Shown here: piece by piece, positions 10,245-23,575 of the stretch | How positions within the stretch are numbered: position 1 is the stretch's first letter | Layout: every line of letters starts with the position of its first letter | Origin: Camelus ferus | Taxonomy: Eukaryota | Assembly: GCF_009834535.1 (NCBI RefSeq) | Contig: NC_045707.1 | Span: forward strand, 46,750,001-46,814,000 | Length of the DNA stretch: 64,000 bases | Direction: 5' to 3' | The notes under the pieces: generated by a model | The model's input: only the letters and a program-made list of their open reading frames with translations | What the model was told of the DNA's origin: nothing | Database searches by the model: none | Made by a program: the position numbers and the translations under genes

Positions 10245-10420
10245 GGAGGGCTGAGACTAGGGTGAGGAGGGTGACGTATTACCTCTGCTATAAAACTTAA
10301 GGACACAAAATAAACCCAACAATCAAGTAAATAATGTAAACAACATTTCAACACAATATTTTGAAAATCAAAATTAATGTCAAAAATCCATGATGAACAA
10401 AATATCAAAATTTAAAGACA
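10245..10420 (+). mobile_element. hAT-Tip100 MITE fragment (MER96B-like), copy 1
   Basis: actagggtgagg...aacacaatattttgaaaatcaaaattaatgtcaaaaatccatgatgaacaaaatatca; shares this block with 12395-12560. Family name uncertain. Confidence 0.55.
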
Positions 10421-12394
10421 AGCATTGTGTGTTCCTAGTGACCTTGACTTCTAATGGACTCACAGGTCTCAGTGAAGCAGAGTAACCAAAGGGGCCAGAG
10501 TTCAGAGTGAGGGACAGAGAGCAGCCAGTGGCTATGTGGTTTTCAGCATACCCCAAGCCTCTCTGAGTTCTGGTTCTTGTCTGTAAAGTGGGCTTAATAT
10601 TGACCCCACCTACCTCACAGGGGTTGTTAGGACCAAATACGGTCTTGTTCACGAGAGCACTTGACAAACTGTAACCTAAGGCATCCCTGAAATGTATAAT
10701 AGAAAGTCTAATAATAATACTGGAAAACTGCAGTAGAAGGTAATAAGTGACATTCTTGGAGAGGGGAGAGAAAAGGCAGGAGAGAGGAAAAGGGTGGAGG
10801 AGTGGAGCAGGCTGTGTGCTGGAAAATGGGAGGAGCCCAGATTCTGGATTCTGACCGGAATTCAAGTCTCTGAGCAGTTATTTACAACTTGTAGAGCGTC
10901 GGCCCGTTTTCCAGCTTCTCTGAGCCTCAGTTTTCTCATTCAAAAAAATGAATGGAATGATAATGGATTAATCATGAAGTAAAGAAATAAAAAGTAATGT
11001 GTACACAGTACCCAGTATGTATGGTCTCATATAAGTTAGGTGTTAACCCCTTCTACCACACACACACCCCCCACCTCCCTGCACACCTACACCCACACCC
11101 TGGAATTCTCCCATGAAGAGAAAAGAAATGGAAAGAAATGGGAGAGGCAGGAAGAATACAAGCCAAGACTGGAGGATGTAAGAGAAGATCGAGGTAGAAA
11201 AAAAGAGAGAGGAAAGGAAGGAAGAAGGAAAGGAAGAGAAGAAAGTGGGGACACTTGGTCCTGTCCTAAGCTCAGTGCTCTCACAAAGCAAGTCAGTTCC
11301 AGCTTCCCAGGAAACATCCTTGGAAAGAATCAAACTCAACAATATATTTAAGATTTATCTGTGATGACACAAATATCTCTGATTTTTTTTTGTTCTACCT
11401 GCTGTAGAATATTCTAGAACATGCCTCCATTTATATATCCATTCTCCTAAGGGTGAACATTTAAGTTGTTTGAGGGAGCTTCAATTGTATCGGTAATGCT
11501 TTATTTCTTAAGTTGGTTGGAAGATCTGGAGAAGTTCAATCTATTGGTCTCTTTTTCCTATATCTGAAACAGCTGAGCTCATCTAGAATTGCTAAAGATT
11601 TGGCCAAACCCCAGGCCTTCCCCTTGAGTTCAAAGGCAGGTGAGATTTCTGGGGGTGGATGATGCACATCCACATGAAGGGTCTGAGGAGAGTGGACACA
11701 TTGCAGGTGTCTGTCCAGCAGCCATCCTGCCCCACAGAGGGGACTGTGCCCCCATTGGCTCTGCCTGCCCCAGGCAAGTGGAGGGCAGACCACACTGACT
11801 GAGATGCAGTTCACAGGCCTGCAGCTTCCCAGACAGACCCCATTACCTGAGATCTTGCCCCACCTGGAAGCCCCAAGGTCAGGCCCCACAGGCAGTTCCA
11901 GACCCAGTGATGGAACTTCTTGGAAGTTTTGGACGATAGAAATGTCAGGGAAAGTACTTTTCTCCATTAACAGCTAAGCTTCTCTAAATCGAATCTCTGT
12001 ATCTTTAAAATGGAACAAAGGGAAAGTTGTTAGAAGTTTGGGGAGCCAAGAGTGACAGCTGATCCCCTGGAAGTCAGTCTGTGCATTTCCTTCCCAAAGA
12101 ACTAGAGAAATAAAAAGCTGCCAAGAATCTAAAAGAATAAATCTTCTGGAAACAGTTCCTGTTTGCTTTTGGAGTGTGTTGCTCCTCCCCTCCTCTCCTC
12201 CAGTAGGTTAGTTTCTCAGAGACTGTTTGCTTTGGTTACAATCAAGATTGGTCTGCATTCCCCAGGATCCACCTGCTCTGTGGGCTGATTGTCTCCTCTG
12301 AGGTAGCTATGAGGGCTGAGTGTGTACTGGCCTACAGCAGACAGCCTGCTACATGGTTACTCCATTAATCCATGACTTGGGGCTGGGATTTAGG

Positions 12395-12560
12395 GCAGGG
12401 ACTAGGGCGAGGCAAGTGAGATAATCTTCTTGGGCACAAAGGTTAAGTGAACATTCAAACACTCAGAAATTGAGACAAGTAATATTTTAACACAATATTT
12501 TAAAAAATCAAAGTTAATGCAAAAAATCCATGATGAACAAAATATCATCATTTCAAAGAA
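12395..12560 (+). mobile_element. hAT-Tip100 MITE fragment (MER96B-like), copy 2, abutting L1
   Basis: actagggcgaggcaagtgag...aacacaatattttaaaaaatcaaagttaatgcaaaaaatccatgatgaacaaaatatca. Confidence 0.55.
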
Positions 12561-12564
12561 AGAC

Positions 12565-12947
12565 AAGGTCCATGCAGAACTGAAGGAAAGATAGAGTTTT
12601 ACAGACAAGCAAAAGCTAAGAGTTCACCAGGACTAAATCAGAAATGTTAAAGGGATTTCACTAAGCAGAAAAGAAAAGGCCACCACTGGAAAAAAGAAAA
12701 TTACAACAAAATGAAACAAAAACCCCTCACTGGTAAAGGCAGGCAATAAGTAAAGACAGTGGATCAAGCACTTACAAAGCTAGCAGGAAGGTTAAAGGTT
12801 AAAGGCCTATATCTACAATAAGTTGCTAAGAAATACATAAAATAAAAACATGTAAAATACTTTATCAAAAACATAAAACATGACAGGAGGTTTAAAAATC
12901 AAAATATATGGCTGTTAGAATGTGTTTGAGCTTAAGAGATCATCAAC

Positions 12948-12982
<35 letters not shown>

Positions 12983-15190
12983 TTTACCTACTTACCTCAT
13001 GGTAACCAAAACCCAAAAGCCTATAATAGATACACAAAAAATAAAGAGAAAGGAATCCAAGCACAACTCTAAAGATAGTCATCAAACCACAGGGATGAGA
13101 GCAAGAGAAGAAGAAACAAAAGAACTACAAAAACAATTTAAAAAATTAACAAACTGTCAATAAGTACATACCTATCAACAATTACTTTAAATGCAAATAG
13201 ACTAAACTACAGTTAAAAGACATCGAGTGGCTGAATAGATTGAAGAAAACCCCAGGACCCATATATGTGATCCTTACAAAAGACTCACTTCAGATCTAAA
13301 GACACGCACAGACTGAAGTGAGAGGAGTGAAAAAGCTATTCCATGCAAATGGAAATGTAAAGAAAGCTGGAATAGCAATGTTTATATCAGATAAAATAGA
13401 TTTTAAAACAAAGACTGTAAAAAGAGACAAGGGGCATTACATAATGATAAAGGAATCAATCCAACAAGAAGATATAACACTTAAAAATATATATGTTCCC
13501 AATATAGGAGCACCTAAATACATAAAGCAAATATTAATATACTTAAAGGGAGAAATTGACAGTAATGCAGTACTAGTAGGGGACTTTAATATGTCACTTA
13601 TACCAATGGACAAAGCATCCAGACAGAAAATCAATAAGGAAATACTGGCCTTAAAGGACACATTAGACTGGATGGATTTAATGTATATATGGAACATTCC
13701 ATCCAAAAGCAGCAGAATACACATTCTTTTCCAGTGTACCTGGAACATTCTCCAGGACAGATCACATGCTAGATCACAAAACAAGTCTCCATAAATTTAA
13801 GAAGACTGAAATCATATAAAGCATCTTTTCTGACCACAATGGTATATAAGACTAGAAATTAAGCACAAGATAAAAACTGGAAAAAACATAAACACATAGA
13901 GACTAAACAATGTTCTGCTAAACAACCAATGGCTCACTGAAGAAATCAGATGAAATTAAAAAAAAAATACCTTGAGACAAATGAAAATGGAAATCCATTA
14001 CAAAATCTATGGGATACAGCAAAAACAGTTATAAAAGGGAAGTTTATAGCAATACAGGCCAACCTCAGGATATAAGAAAAAAATCTCAAATAAGCAATCT
14101 AACATAACATCTAAAGGAACCAGAAAAAGAACAATTGATATCACAGAAATACGAAGGCCCATAAGAGATTACTATGAACAATTAAATGCCAACAAATTGG
14201 ACAACCCAGAAGAAGTGGATAAATTCCTAGAAACATTCAGTTCTTCCAAGACTGAATTGGGAAGAATTTAAAAATCTGATCAGACCAATTACCAGTAATG
14301 AAATCAAATCTGTTAAAAAAAATTTAAAAAGTTCCCAATAAAAGTCAGTACCAGATGGTTTCACAGGTAAATTCTATAAAACATTTAAAGAGGAGTTAAT
14401 ACGTATCCTTCTCAATCAACTCCAAAAAATTAAAGAGGAAGCAATGCTTTCAAACTTATTCTACAAGGCCAATATCACCCTGAATCCAAATCCAGATGAA
14501 GATGTTACACAAAAGAAAATTACAGGCCAATATCACTGATGAATATGGAAGTAAAACTTCCCCAAATATATTAGCTCACCAAATTCATTGAAAAGGATTA
14601 CACATCATGATCAAGTGAGATTTATCTCAGGGATGCAAGGATGGTTCAAAATCCACCTATCAATCATTGTGATATACCACACTGATAAAAATTATATAAT
14701 CACCTCAATAGATGCATAAAAAGCTTTTGATAAAAACTCTCAACAAAGTATGTATAGAAGGAACATATTTCACCATAATAAAGACCATATATGACAATCT
14801 ACAGCCAATATTATACTCAGTGGTGAAAAGCTAAAAAAGGATTTCCTTTAAGATGCGGAACAAGACAAGGATGCCCATTCTCACCACTTTTATTCAAACT
14901 AGTATTGGAAGTTCTAGCCATATAAATCAGAGAAGGGAAAAAAAAAAGATATCTAAATTAAGTAAAACTGTTACTGTTTGCAGATGACATGATACTTTAT
15001 ATAGAAAACCATACAGAGTCTTACATAGAAGACTCTAACAAAAAACTATTAGAACTAATAAATAAAAGTTGCAGGATAAAAATTAATAGATAGAAATCTG
15101 TTGCATTTATATACATTAATGATGGACCATTAGAAAGAGAAATTAAGAAAACAGTCCTGTTTACAATTACATCAAAAAGAATAATATCTT
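12565..15190 (+). mobile_element. Degenerate L1: ORF1 3' end, spacer, ORF2 endonuclease and RT remnants with internal deletions
   Basis: ORF 13318-13794 (KAGIAMFISDKIDFK…GHYIMIK…NIYVPNIGAPKYIKQ…LVGDFN) is the L1 APE endonuclease. RT motifs include ggaacaagacaaggatgccca (GTRQGCP) and ctgtttgcagatgacatg (LFADDM). Frameshifts and stops are present. Confidence 0.95.
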
Positions 15191-17129
15191 TAGAGGATAG
15201 TTGCTAAGGAGGTAGGTTCTAAAGTTAGACTACCTGCATTTTATTTTTTTAATTTTATTTATTTTTTTAATTGAAATATAGGTGTCATCATCACAGGTCA
15301 GGGGAGAAAATGGCCCCCCAACCCAGATACATACCCCATAGCAGGATGGCAGGGTCCAATCTCTACCAACTAAAGTAACCCACAACCCTAGCCCATGACG
15401 CAGGCACAGCTCTGGGCCTCTTCCTTCCTCCAAACCACTCAGCCTCCTGCCCCTCCCTTCTCCAGGACAATTCAGTCTCCTCCGTTCACGGACCTACACA
15501 CACGTTTAATCATTACACAGCATAGACCACGTATAATCATGCATTAACTATTTACTCCAGAGGTCCCAAACTGCTGGAGGTCCTCTTAAGTAGCTTAAAA
15601 TTGTTTGGTTTGTTTGTTTTTCCTTTTTTTTTTTTTTTTTTTTTAGTTTTTAATTTTTTATTGAAGTATAGCTGATTTTTTTTTTTTGGTTTATAATCTT
15701 TTATTTTATTTTATTTTATTTTAAATGTTCATTTATTTTTTCAATTAGTTACTTGCCAGCATTTAAAAATTGGGAGATTCTCACCAAAAAAATCCAAGTT
15801 TCTAGCCTACTGTAAAAAGCCGAAATTTCAAAAATCCAAATGTTTGGCAACTGACAACAACAACAATAATAATTCCCATTATGGAGAATATACTAAATGT
15901 TGAGCACAGTGTTCAGTAGTTTAGATTTTTTTTCTTTTAACCATCACAGTAATTCTGTTCTTAGTACCCCTAATTTAGCTGATGAACCTGAGGCTCAGAA
16001 CACTTAAAGAACTTGTCCCAGATCACACAGCTGATAAGCAGCTTGGCCAGATTCAAACCAGGGGAGTTTGACTCTAAAGCTCCAGCTCTCATACTTTCGT
16101 ACCTTCCACTATCTTGGGGACATGAACTAAATGACTGGTTTTCAAAGGCCCCAGGCAAAGGGCTTGAGTGAGTATTATGGGGTGGTGTGCCCTCTGCCCA
16201 CATCAGGAGGCTGCTGCAGCCCCCAGGGCCCCTGCTTCTGCCAGAGGAGCAGTTCCTTTAAAAAAAACAAAAACAAAAACTATTTCATATATTGGAGTCC
16301 TGTTCAAGAATTCTTTGGGGAAAAAGAATTCCACTATTCAGAAGCAAAAACGGAAGAAAGCCCCAAGCCCACGTGATCTTTTTATCTCCTCTCCATATAC
16401 TACGATTTCCTGGATCTGCACGAAGACTTCCTCCTTCTCCTATTTCCAGCTTACCAGATATTTCTCCATGTTACTGCATCACTCTGGTTCCTCCTTGAGC
16501 ACTTGGGTGCTGGCTGAGCCACCTCTTACAACTGGTGAATGGCCAAGTGTCCAGACTTCAGAGCCACAGAGCCATGGACCTTTCTCACAGACCTGCTGAG
16601 AGCAGAAAGAGGCAGTTTGAAGCTGTGCTGAGGCCAACACAGGGTGGGACACACTGCGGTGAGGACAAGGGTGATGGGGAGAGGGTGGCAGAAGCTAAAA
16701 GCCACCGAACCCGGTAGAGAGGTTCCCCTTTGCTTCTCTTGGATGAAGTCTTTGTGGGTTGTCATGAATTTCAGTCCTATCATGGCTGTCTGTGAATTGA
16801 GGATCTTCTTTATGGAGTGTCAGGACGGGTGGCTTCAAAGGCTGTATAGGGTGGTGGGAAAAGCTCAGGGAGGAACCAGAGCAGAGCTCTGTCATTGCTT
16901 GGCACTTGATGACCTTCAATATGTATAAAATGTGCATTGCTTCTCCCTACATATCTCACTCAATAGTCCTAAGGACACCACTTGGGAGACCACTTTAAAA
17001 ACCATGAAGTGACATGACAATGGGTATCTATTAAAACAAAAAATGTTTTAATTACATGTATATGTTCTTTAAAAAATGAAGAAAAAGTGGGAGCTTCCAG
17101 ACCCCCCTCTTTGAAGACAGCATGCTGGA

Positions 17130-18660
17130 GTTGGCCTTGACAATGTGATTCCAGACGTGGCTTCAAGGGCCATCTACTTACCAACCATTCCCAAATCCAT
17201 AATCCATTCAGACTTCTCTCCTGAGATTCCAGCCCATGGTTCTTACTCTGTATTGAACAGCTCCATGTGGATGCCCCCCACATTCTCCAGCAATTCCTAA
17301 AATGGGGCTCACAGGCATCTCTCTGAAACTGGCTCCTTCAGCAGTGTTTTAGCTCAGAGGATGGCATCCCCATCCACACATCCCAGAAACCTGGCTGCCA
17401 TTCTTGACTGCTTCCCTACCTCATCCCTCACATTTTTCAATGTCAAGGTTCTGTTGATTCAATGCAGTCTTAAGAAGGTCTTGAATCTCTCTACTTCTCT
17501 CCAGTTCTAACGGTATGAGCTGGACTAGACCACCCCCATCTCTGGCCTGGATGACTACAATTGCCACCTATTGGTTATCCTGCTTCTGGTCTTGTCCCCT
17601 GCCCTGAGTCTCAGGCTCCAAATCACCAAACAGATCTTTCTGAAACACAGACACACAGAATGATGATCTTTCTAGAACACAAGTATGATCATCTGATCCT
17701 CATGCTTAAACTCCTTTGATGGTTTCCAATATTTTTTAGGATAAAATCCTTAATCTTTAACACACACATGCAAGGTTAGTCCCTAACCATCTCTCCAGGC
17801 ATCTCTACTCTCAATTCTCTAGCCAAGCTGCATCTTGTTCAGTTCTCTAAACATTCTGTTCTCTCACTTCTACCCCTTTGCACATGTTCCTCCATCTGCT
17901 GAGAACACACCCCCTGTGATGGTTAATTTCATGTGTCAACTTGACCGGGCTAAGGAATAACTGGTAAAACACTATTTCTGGGTGTGTCTGTGAGAGTGTT
18001 TCTGGAAGAGATTATCATTTGAAACAGTAGCCTGAGTAAACGAGATCTCCCTCACCAATGCAGGTTCTGATCTGCAGACGGTCTGAATAGGAAAAAAAGG
18101 GGAGGGGGTGAATCTGCTGTCTGCTTGAGCAGGGACATCTATCTTCGAACTGGCTCCCCTGCCTGGTCTCAGGCCTTACTCAGACTGAATTACACCACTG
18201 GCTTTCCTGGTTCTCCAGCTTGTTGACCATAGATCGTAGGACTTCTGGCTTCCATGACTGTCTGATCCAGTTCCTATACTAAATCTCTTCTGTGTATCTC
18301 TATATATCCTATTGGTTCTCTTTCTCTGAAGACCCCTGACTGATCCACCCCCATCAACTCCCACTCATCCTTCGGGTCTCAGCCTAGATGGCACTTTTTC
18401 TAGGAAGCTTTCAATGACTTTCCAAGACTGAAGCAGATACTCCTCTACTCATTTCCACAAGCACCTTGTCCCACCTTCATTTTAGCTCTTACCATAATGC
18501 GCATGTTATAATTCCTAGTAGACTTAACTGCTTTTACCATCAGACTGCAAACTTCACAAAAGTTAGCATATATTCTGTTTACATTTGGATGCTCTGTACA
18601 GGTCATAGCATAGCCAGACATCTACTATGTGCTAATAAATTTTATCTTTCTGACTAAAGC
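17130..18660 (+). mobile_element. L2 fragments, interrupted by an MLT2 LTR
   Basis: L2-type pyrimidine-rich text (ccagaaacctggctgccattcttgact, ctcatccttcgggtctcagc) and 3' end near 18630-18660. Confidence 0.65.
17915..18347 (+). mobile_element. MLT2 (ERVL) solo LTR
   Basis: Starts tgtgatggttaatttcatgtgtcaacttgac and ends cctattggttctctttctctgaagacccctgactgatcca. 5-bp TSD ccccc on both sides. Confidence 0.85.
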
Positions 18661-20788
18661 AATCAGACTGCCAAAAGTATGAGGTGCCTTTTAGCAGAAA
18701 TATTAAGGAAATATTAAGAATCTCTAGTGAGAAAGGGTATGTTTGCTAAGGAGAACATTTCAGACAGATATGCAAGTCAGACTGTGCTGTAACAATACCA
18801 AGAACTGATTCTTAACACCTTGGCAATTTGCTAACTTCTCTATTTCCTAGAAGTCCACATTATTTTAGGGTTTGTTTATAGAAGTTGCGAAACAAAATCT
18901 TCTTCTATGTATTTAAGAACTTCGTGAATTTCCCTTAATTTCTCCATGGCTTCAAATCCTAGTTTTCAATCCTCTGTATTTTGCTGTGACCTATGGGACC
19001 CTCCACTCATGAATGGTCCTGGGATTGAAATCTCCTCCTGATGACAATGCCTGAAATAGAACTGTTATGAAAAGTGTGTCCATGCCTGGGTCAGGAGGCA
19101 GGAGAAGTGTGGGGCTTTTATTTTCCATGTTTAATCAACACTTTAATTTCCCTGTTTCCTGTTTTCAAACTATGGGCAACTGGTTAAGCTATTTTAATTA
19201 TTGTATTTCCCCACATATTTTCTTTCATTTTCAAACATAAATTATAGATTCAAAATGTATGAGACCCTCCCTGGTGTCAAACTACAGAAAGTGCAAAGAC
19301 CTGGATTTAATTCTTAACTCCATCTTTTACAAGCTTGTGACCTTGGACCAAGTACCTAACCTCTCTGAACGTCAGCTTCTTCCTCTGCAAACAAAGCAAG
19401 AGGGACACAAACCTCACACCCTCCTCTCTGCCTTGAGCGTGGGAGGCACTGTATGAATGTTGGTGCCCTTCCCAAACAGCTCTGCTATTAATTATATCCA
19501 TGACCATGTAATGGTCTCTATGGAATCTCTGCAGATTGAAATGATTTTCTAGGATAACAAATCTTCAGTGTTAGCAGAAGCAGCTGCTGGCCAGTCTCAG
19601 TGTCCACACTCACCCTAGCTGCTAAAACTTTTAAGACTCTTATTAAATGATAGGATTGTTTGCCTTTTTCCCTCCAAAGTAGTACTCACACGCTCTGCTC
19701 ATTCTTGGGGCCTTGGGGAGGAGAAAAACCTCTTCCCACATAGAAAACTGAGTCGCTGACCTCTATGGACTCTGGGTCCAGAAATCAGCTGGACCACCAC
19801 CAGCGGAAGTAAAATCATACGAACGGGTGGAGGGGGATGCAATGTGCAAAGGTGGAGAGTCAAAAAATTCTACAGGAAGCCACATATAACAAGCTGGAGG
19901 CATGATCAGTCTTAGCTCAACAGTTGGACACCCTATAGAGTGAGATTTCCCAAAACTGATTACTTACCATTGCCCACCACCTGGAACCTACAGAGATTTT
20001 TCACAGTTAGTATCTCCTTTCATCCTTACAACTGTCCTGAGAGGTTGGCAAATATTATTATATCAATTTTCCAGAAGAAGAAACCAAGGAGAGTATGCCC
20101 AGATTACAAGCTTACACAAGCTGGAGCCGGGACGTCACCTGGGCCTTCCAGTACTCAGACCTGTGCCCTTTCTACCACATTCTCCTGCCTCTCATACCAC
20201 TGGGGAAGAGGAAGATTCCAAATAAGTCAGAGGGAGCATATCTCAGGAACCCCTTCACAGGACCACAGAGGGAAAAGCACCAGACTAGGGTACAAAAGAC
20301 CTGGGCTCCATTCCCAACCACTCACTCTTGAGATGACAGTCTCATTATCTCTGCGAAAGAACAGGTAGCAATAAATGATTCCAAGTTCCCTCTCATGTTT
20401 CTATTTCTTGAATGTGTATCTTTAGTTATTTTAGTGTATAACCCAAAAGAAATGCCAAAAAGAATGGGGATGGGGGTGGGCCATCCACAAGTTCAGCAGC
20501 AATGATGGTATCTTTGACCCGACGTGACTATGGCTGAATTTAGAAGCTGGGATTTTCATTCGCGGCTTCTTGAAACTAGGCCTCACTGAACTTCAGTTAA
20601 TCTTTCCACATCTCAGTTTCCTCATATGAAAAACAGGGATGACAATACCTTCAGCACAGAGAAGAGGAATTCTCAGCTCCTTCCTCCCTGCCATCTTGCT
20701 TCTTCCCAGCCTCCCTGCTGCCAACGCAAGGGAAGGGGAGTTGCTGTTCTGATTCATCAGAGTCTGGGACTAGAGGTAGAACATTGTA

Positions 20789-21124
20789 CAGTTGTCCATC
20801 TGTATCTGTGGATTCAACCAGTTGTAGACTGAAAATATTCAGAAAAAGAAAAAATTCCACAAAGTTCCAAAAAGCAAAACTTGACTTTGTCACTTGACAG
20901 CAACTATTTACATAGCATTTACATTGTATTTACAGTTATCTACATAGCATTTACATTGTATTAGTATTATAAGTAATCTAGAGATGATTTAAACTATACA
21001 GGAGGATGTGGGTAGGTTATAACCAAACACTACACCATTTTACATAAGGGACTTGAGCATCCTTGGATTTTGGTATCTGTGGGGGTCCTGAAACCGATCT
21101 CCTATAGATACCAAGGGATGACTG
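20789..21124. mobile_element. Tigger3/MER7-like MITE
   Basis: TA-flanked TIRs (ta|cagttgtccatctgtatc ... gataccaagggatgactg|ta) and internal ataagtaatctagagatgatttaaa. Confidence 0.85.
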
Positions 21125-21508
21125 TAATTAGGAGCAAGGTTGCTGTCCTTAGGGATGCTTCTCTTTCTTTTCTATTATATGCAGTTGGGTGGGCAAGTGG
21201 GCCCAGCCCTCTCTCTTACTCTTCACTTCCTCTATGTAAGTCACTAAAAAGACAAGGCAAGTTATTAGTCACCTTATTTTCTCTGTCATTTATCATCTTT
21301 CATGCATGCATCCTTCTAGAGGGTACTAAGATCCCAAGATTCATATTCAGGTAGGAGTAAGGTTTTGCTTAGATGTCAAGGGCTAAGCCATGCGCTTTTA
21401 TTCACTTTCAATCAAAACCTGTAACGGGGGTTATTAGCGACTTAGTTAATCAAAAGCATTACTGTCTTCTTTGACCCATGTCCTCTGCTCACCTCTTTCT
21501 AGGGAACC

Positions 21509-21760
21509 ATGGTAGCTAATCTCCAAGACTGCCCCCAGTGAGCCCCCACTCCTGGTATTTATATCTTACTGGAGTCTCCTCCCATACTGTATAGGGTTGA
21601 TCTATGTGACCAACAGAATCAGGCATGAGTGATGGTATGAAACTGCTGAACTAGTTACACAAGATGCTGTGGCTTCTGTCCTGGTCTCTCTCTCTCAGAT
21701 CATTCGCTCTGGGGAAAGCCAGGTGCAGGTTTTGAGAAGCCCTGTGAAGAGGCCTCTGTG
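21509..21760 (+). mobile_element. MLT1F-like MaLR LTR 5' fragment
   Basis: ccactcctggtattt...gtgaccaacagaat...tgtggcttctgtcctggtctctc...tcgctctggggaaagcc. Confidence 0.6.
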
Positions 21761-22049
21761 ATTCCTTCCCAGAACAAACCCATCCTCTTTTCTTTCTGTC
21801 CCTGTCCCCACTGCCCAGAGCACCCATTCTATTCCATCAGCCATATATGAGGCCTTGACTGACTTTCCCTCACTCCCTGAGACCAGGAATAGACTATTTC
21901 TTATTTGTCTTTGTATCCTCTGTGCTTAGCACAGTGCCAGGCATATAGTAGTCTCTCAATAAATGCCTGCTGAATAAAGAAACAGAGGGAAATTTAGTTT
22001 TATACGTCATACCTCATAAGTAACTCATTTTTCCCTTTTATTCAAGTAT

Positions 22050-22630
22050 CAGTTTTTAACAGCTCTATTGAGATATAATATACAAAGAGCTGCACATACT
22101 TAATATGTACCTTTTGATGAGTTTGGACGTATGGACAAATCCATGATATCATCACGACAATCAAGGTAATAGTCATGTCCAACACAATACCTCCCAAGGT
22201 TCCTTGTGTTCTTTTGGGTTTTTTGGTTGTTGTTTTTGCTCGTTTGTTTTTTTATAGGTAAGAACACTTACCATGAAATCTACCCATTCAAGCTGTACAC
22301 TTAACAAATTTTGAAGTGCACCATAGTCTTTCTAACTATATGCCCTATGTTGTACAACAGATGTCTGGAACTTACTCATCTAGCACAACCGAAACTTTAT
22401 ACCCATGCAGCAACTCTCCACTTCCCCCCTCCGCCTAGCCCTGAGCACCCAGTACTGTATTCTCTGCTTCCATTAGTTTGACTACTTTAGACATCTTGGA
22501 TAAGCGGAATAATTCAGCATTTGTCCTTCTGTGACTGGCTTATCTCACTTGGTACAATGTCTTTCAGGTTCATCCATGTGATTACAAATGGCAGAATTTA
22601 CTTCTTTCTTAAGGCTGAAAAATAATTCAT
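22050..22630 (-). mobile_element. L1M 3' UTR fragment
   Basis: acagctctattgagatataat ... atttgtccttctgtgactggcttatctcactt ... aggttcatccatgt. Confidence 0.8.
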
Positions 22631-23419
22631 GTTTTAAATGTTGAAAGTATAGGGTTTGACGTTTCTTTTCAGTAGAAGCCAAATGTAGAAATCTATAACA
22701 GACATTTAAGATCACTGAATAAGTCTGTGTGTAAAAATAAGGGACAAGCCCCTAAAGAAATCTTTTGAACTTAAATAGGGGTTTCTATTGTCTTTAAAAT
22801 TTCCCTCATAATTGTAGTTCCAACATTTATCATAGAGTGAATCTCTTCATCATAACTGGAGAACTTAATTTTTTTCTCTTCTGTGTCCAAATGCCTAATT
22901 AAATTATATCCAGTGTTTATTAAATTATCCTCAATTAAGCTGAATATTTTGGCCTCCAGGATGCATTAATTCTAAATCTCTAATTGTTGTCACTTTGGGA
23001 GTAACTGTTTTTACTCTATCATACATTTCCCTGTGACTGGTGGAGGTTAATTCCAAAGACTGAGTGCAAAAGAATGGAGGGAAAAACCAGAAAGGCCAGT
23101 TTGACATTTTGTTTGTCTCCTAAATTTGTAATCTTGTAATTGAGCTAACATTGAGCCAAAGGCCCTGGAAATTTGTTCCCATTTTTTGTGCATGTCTCCC
23201 CCTTCCCTCGAAAGCAGTCTTCAGAAATTGGCCAGTTGATTTATACTTAGGTATTGAAAAGTTCAAAAGCCTTAATTCAGAAGGAGACCAAATTTATTTT
23301 TTAAATGATTAAGAAGAAAAATGAAGAGTTAGAAGGAAAAGGTATAAGTAGACATTATACTCATGTTGTATCTAAGAAAGTTCTGAAAAGTTAAACCTCT
23401 CTATACAAATTCAGGTATG

Positions 23420-23575
23420 GCATGTGTGTGCATGTGTGTGCGTGTGTATACAAAAACAGAACAGTCAAACCTCTATATACAGTCCAGGCAAGTGTGTGTG
23501 TGTGTGTATATATATACACACACACATACATACATATGTGCATATATGTATATATATGCGGAGATATATACAAAT
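23420..23575. repeat. (TG)n/(TA)n/(CA)n compound microsatellite
   Basis: Directly visible alternating purine-pyrimidine tract. Confidence 0.9.

Noticed and set aside
10245..12560. Two similar ~170-bp blocks 2.1 kb apart, suggesting a local duplication or LTR pair
   Set aside because: Both resemble the same hAT-Tip100 MITE end and are considerably diverged, so independent insertions are the simpler explanation.
13318..13794. 158-aa endonuclease ORF as a host gene or active element
   Set aside because: L1 ORF2 fragment in a frameshifted, internally deleted copy lacking the 5' UTR and 3' end.
20909..20962. 22-bp direct repeat tacatagcatttacattgtatt with a short spacer (CRISPR-like look)
   Set aside because: Only two units, internal to a Tigger3-type MITE, in a mammalian genome.
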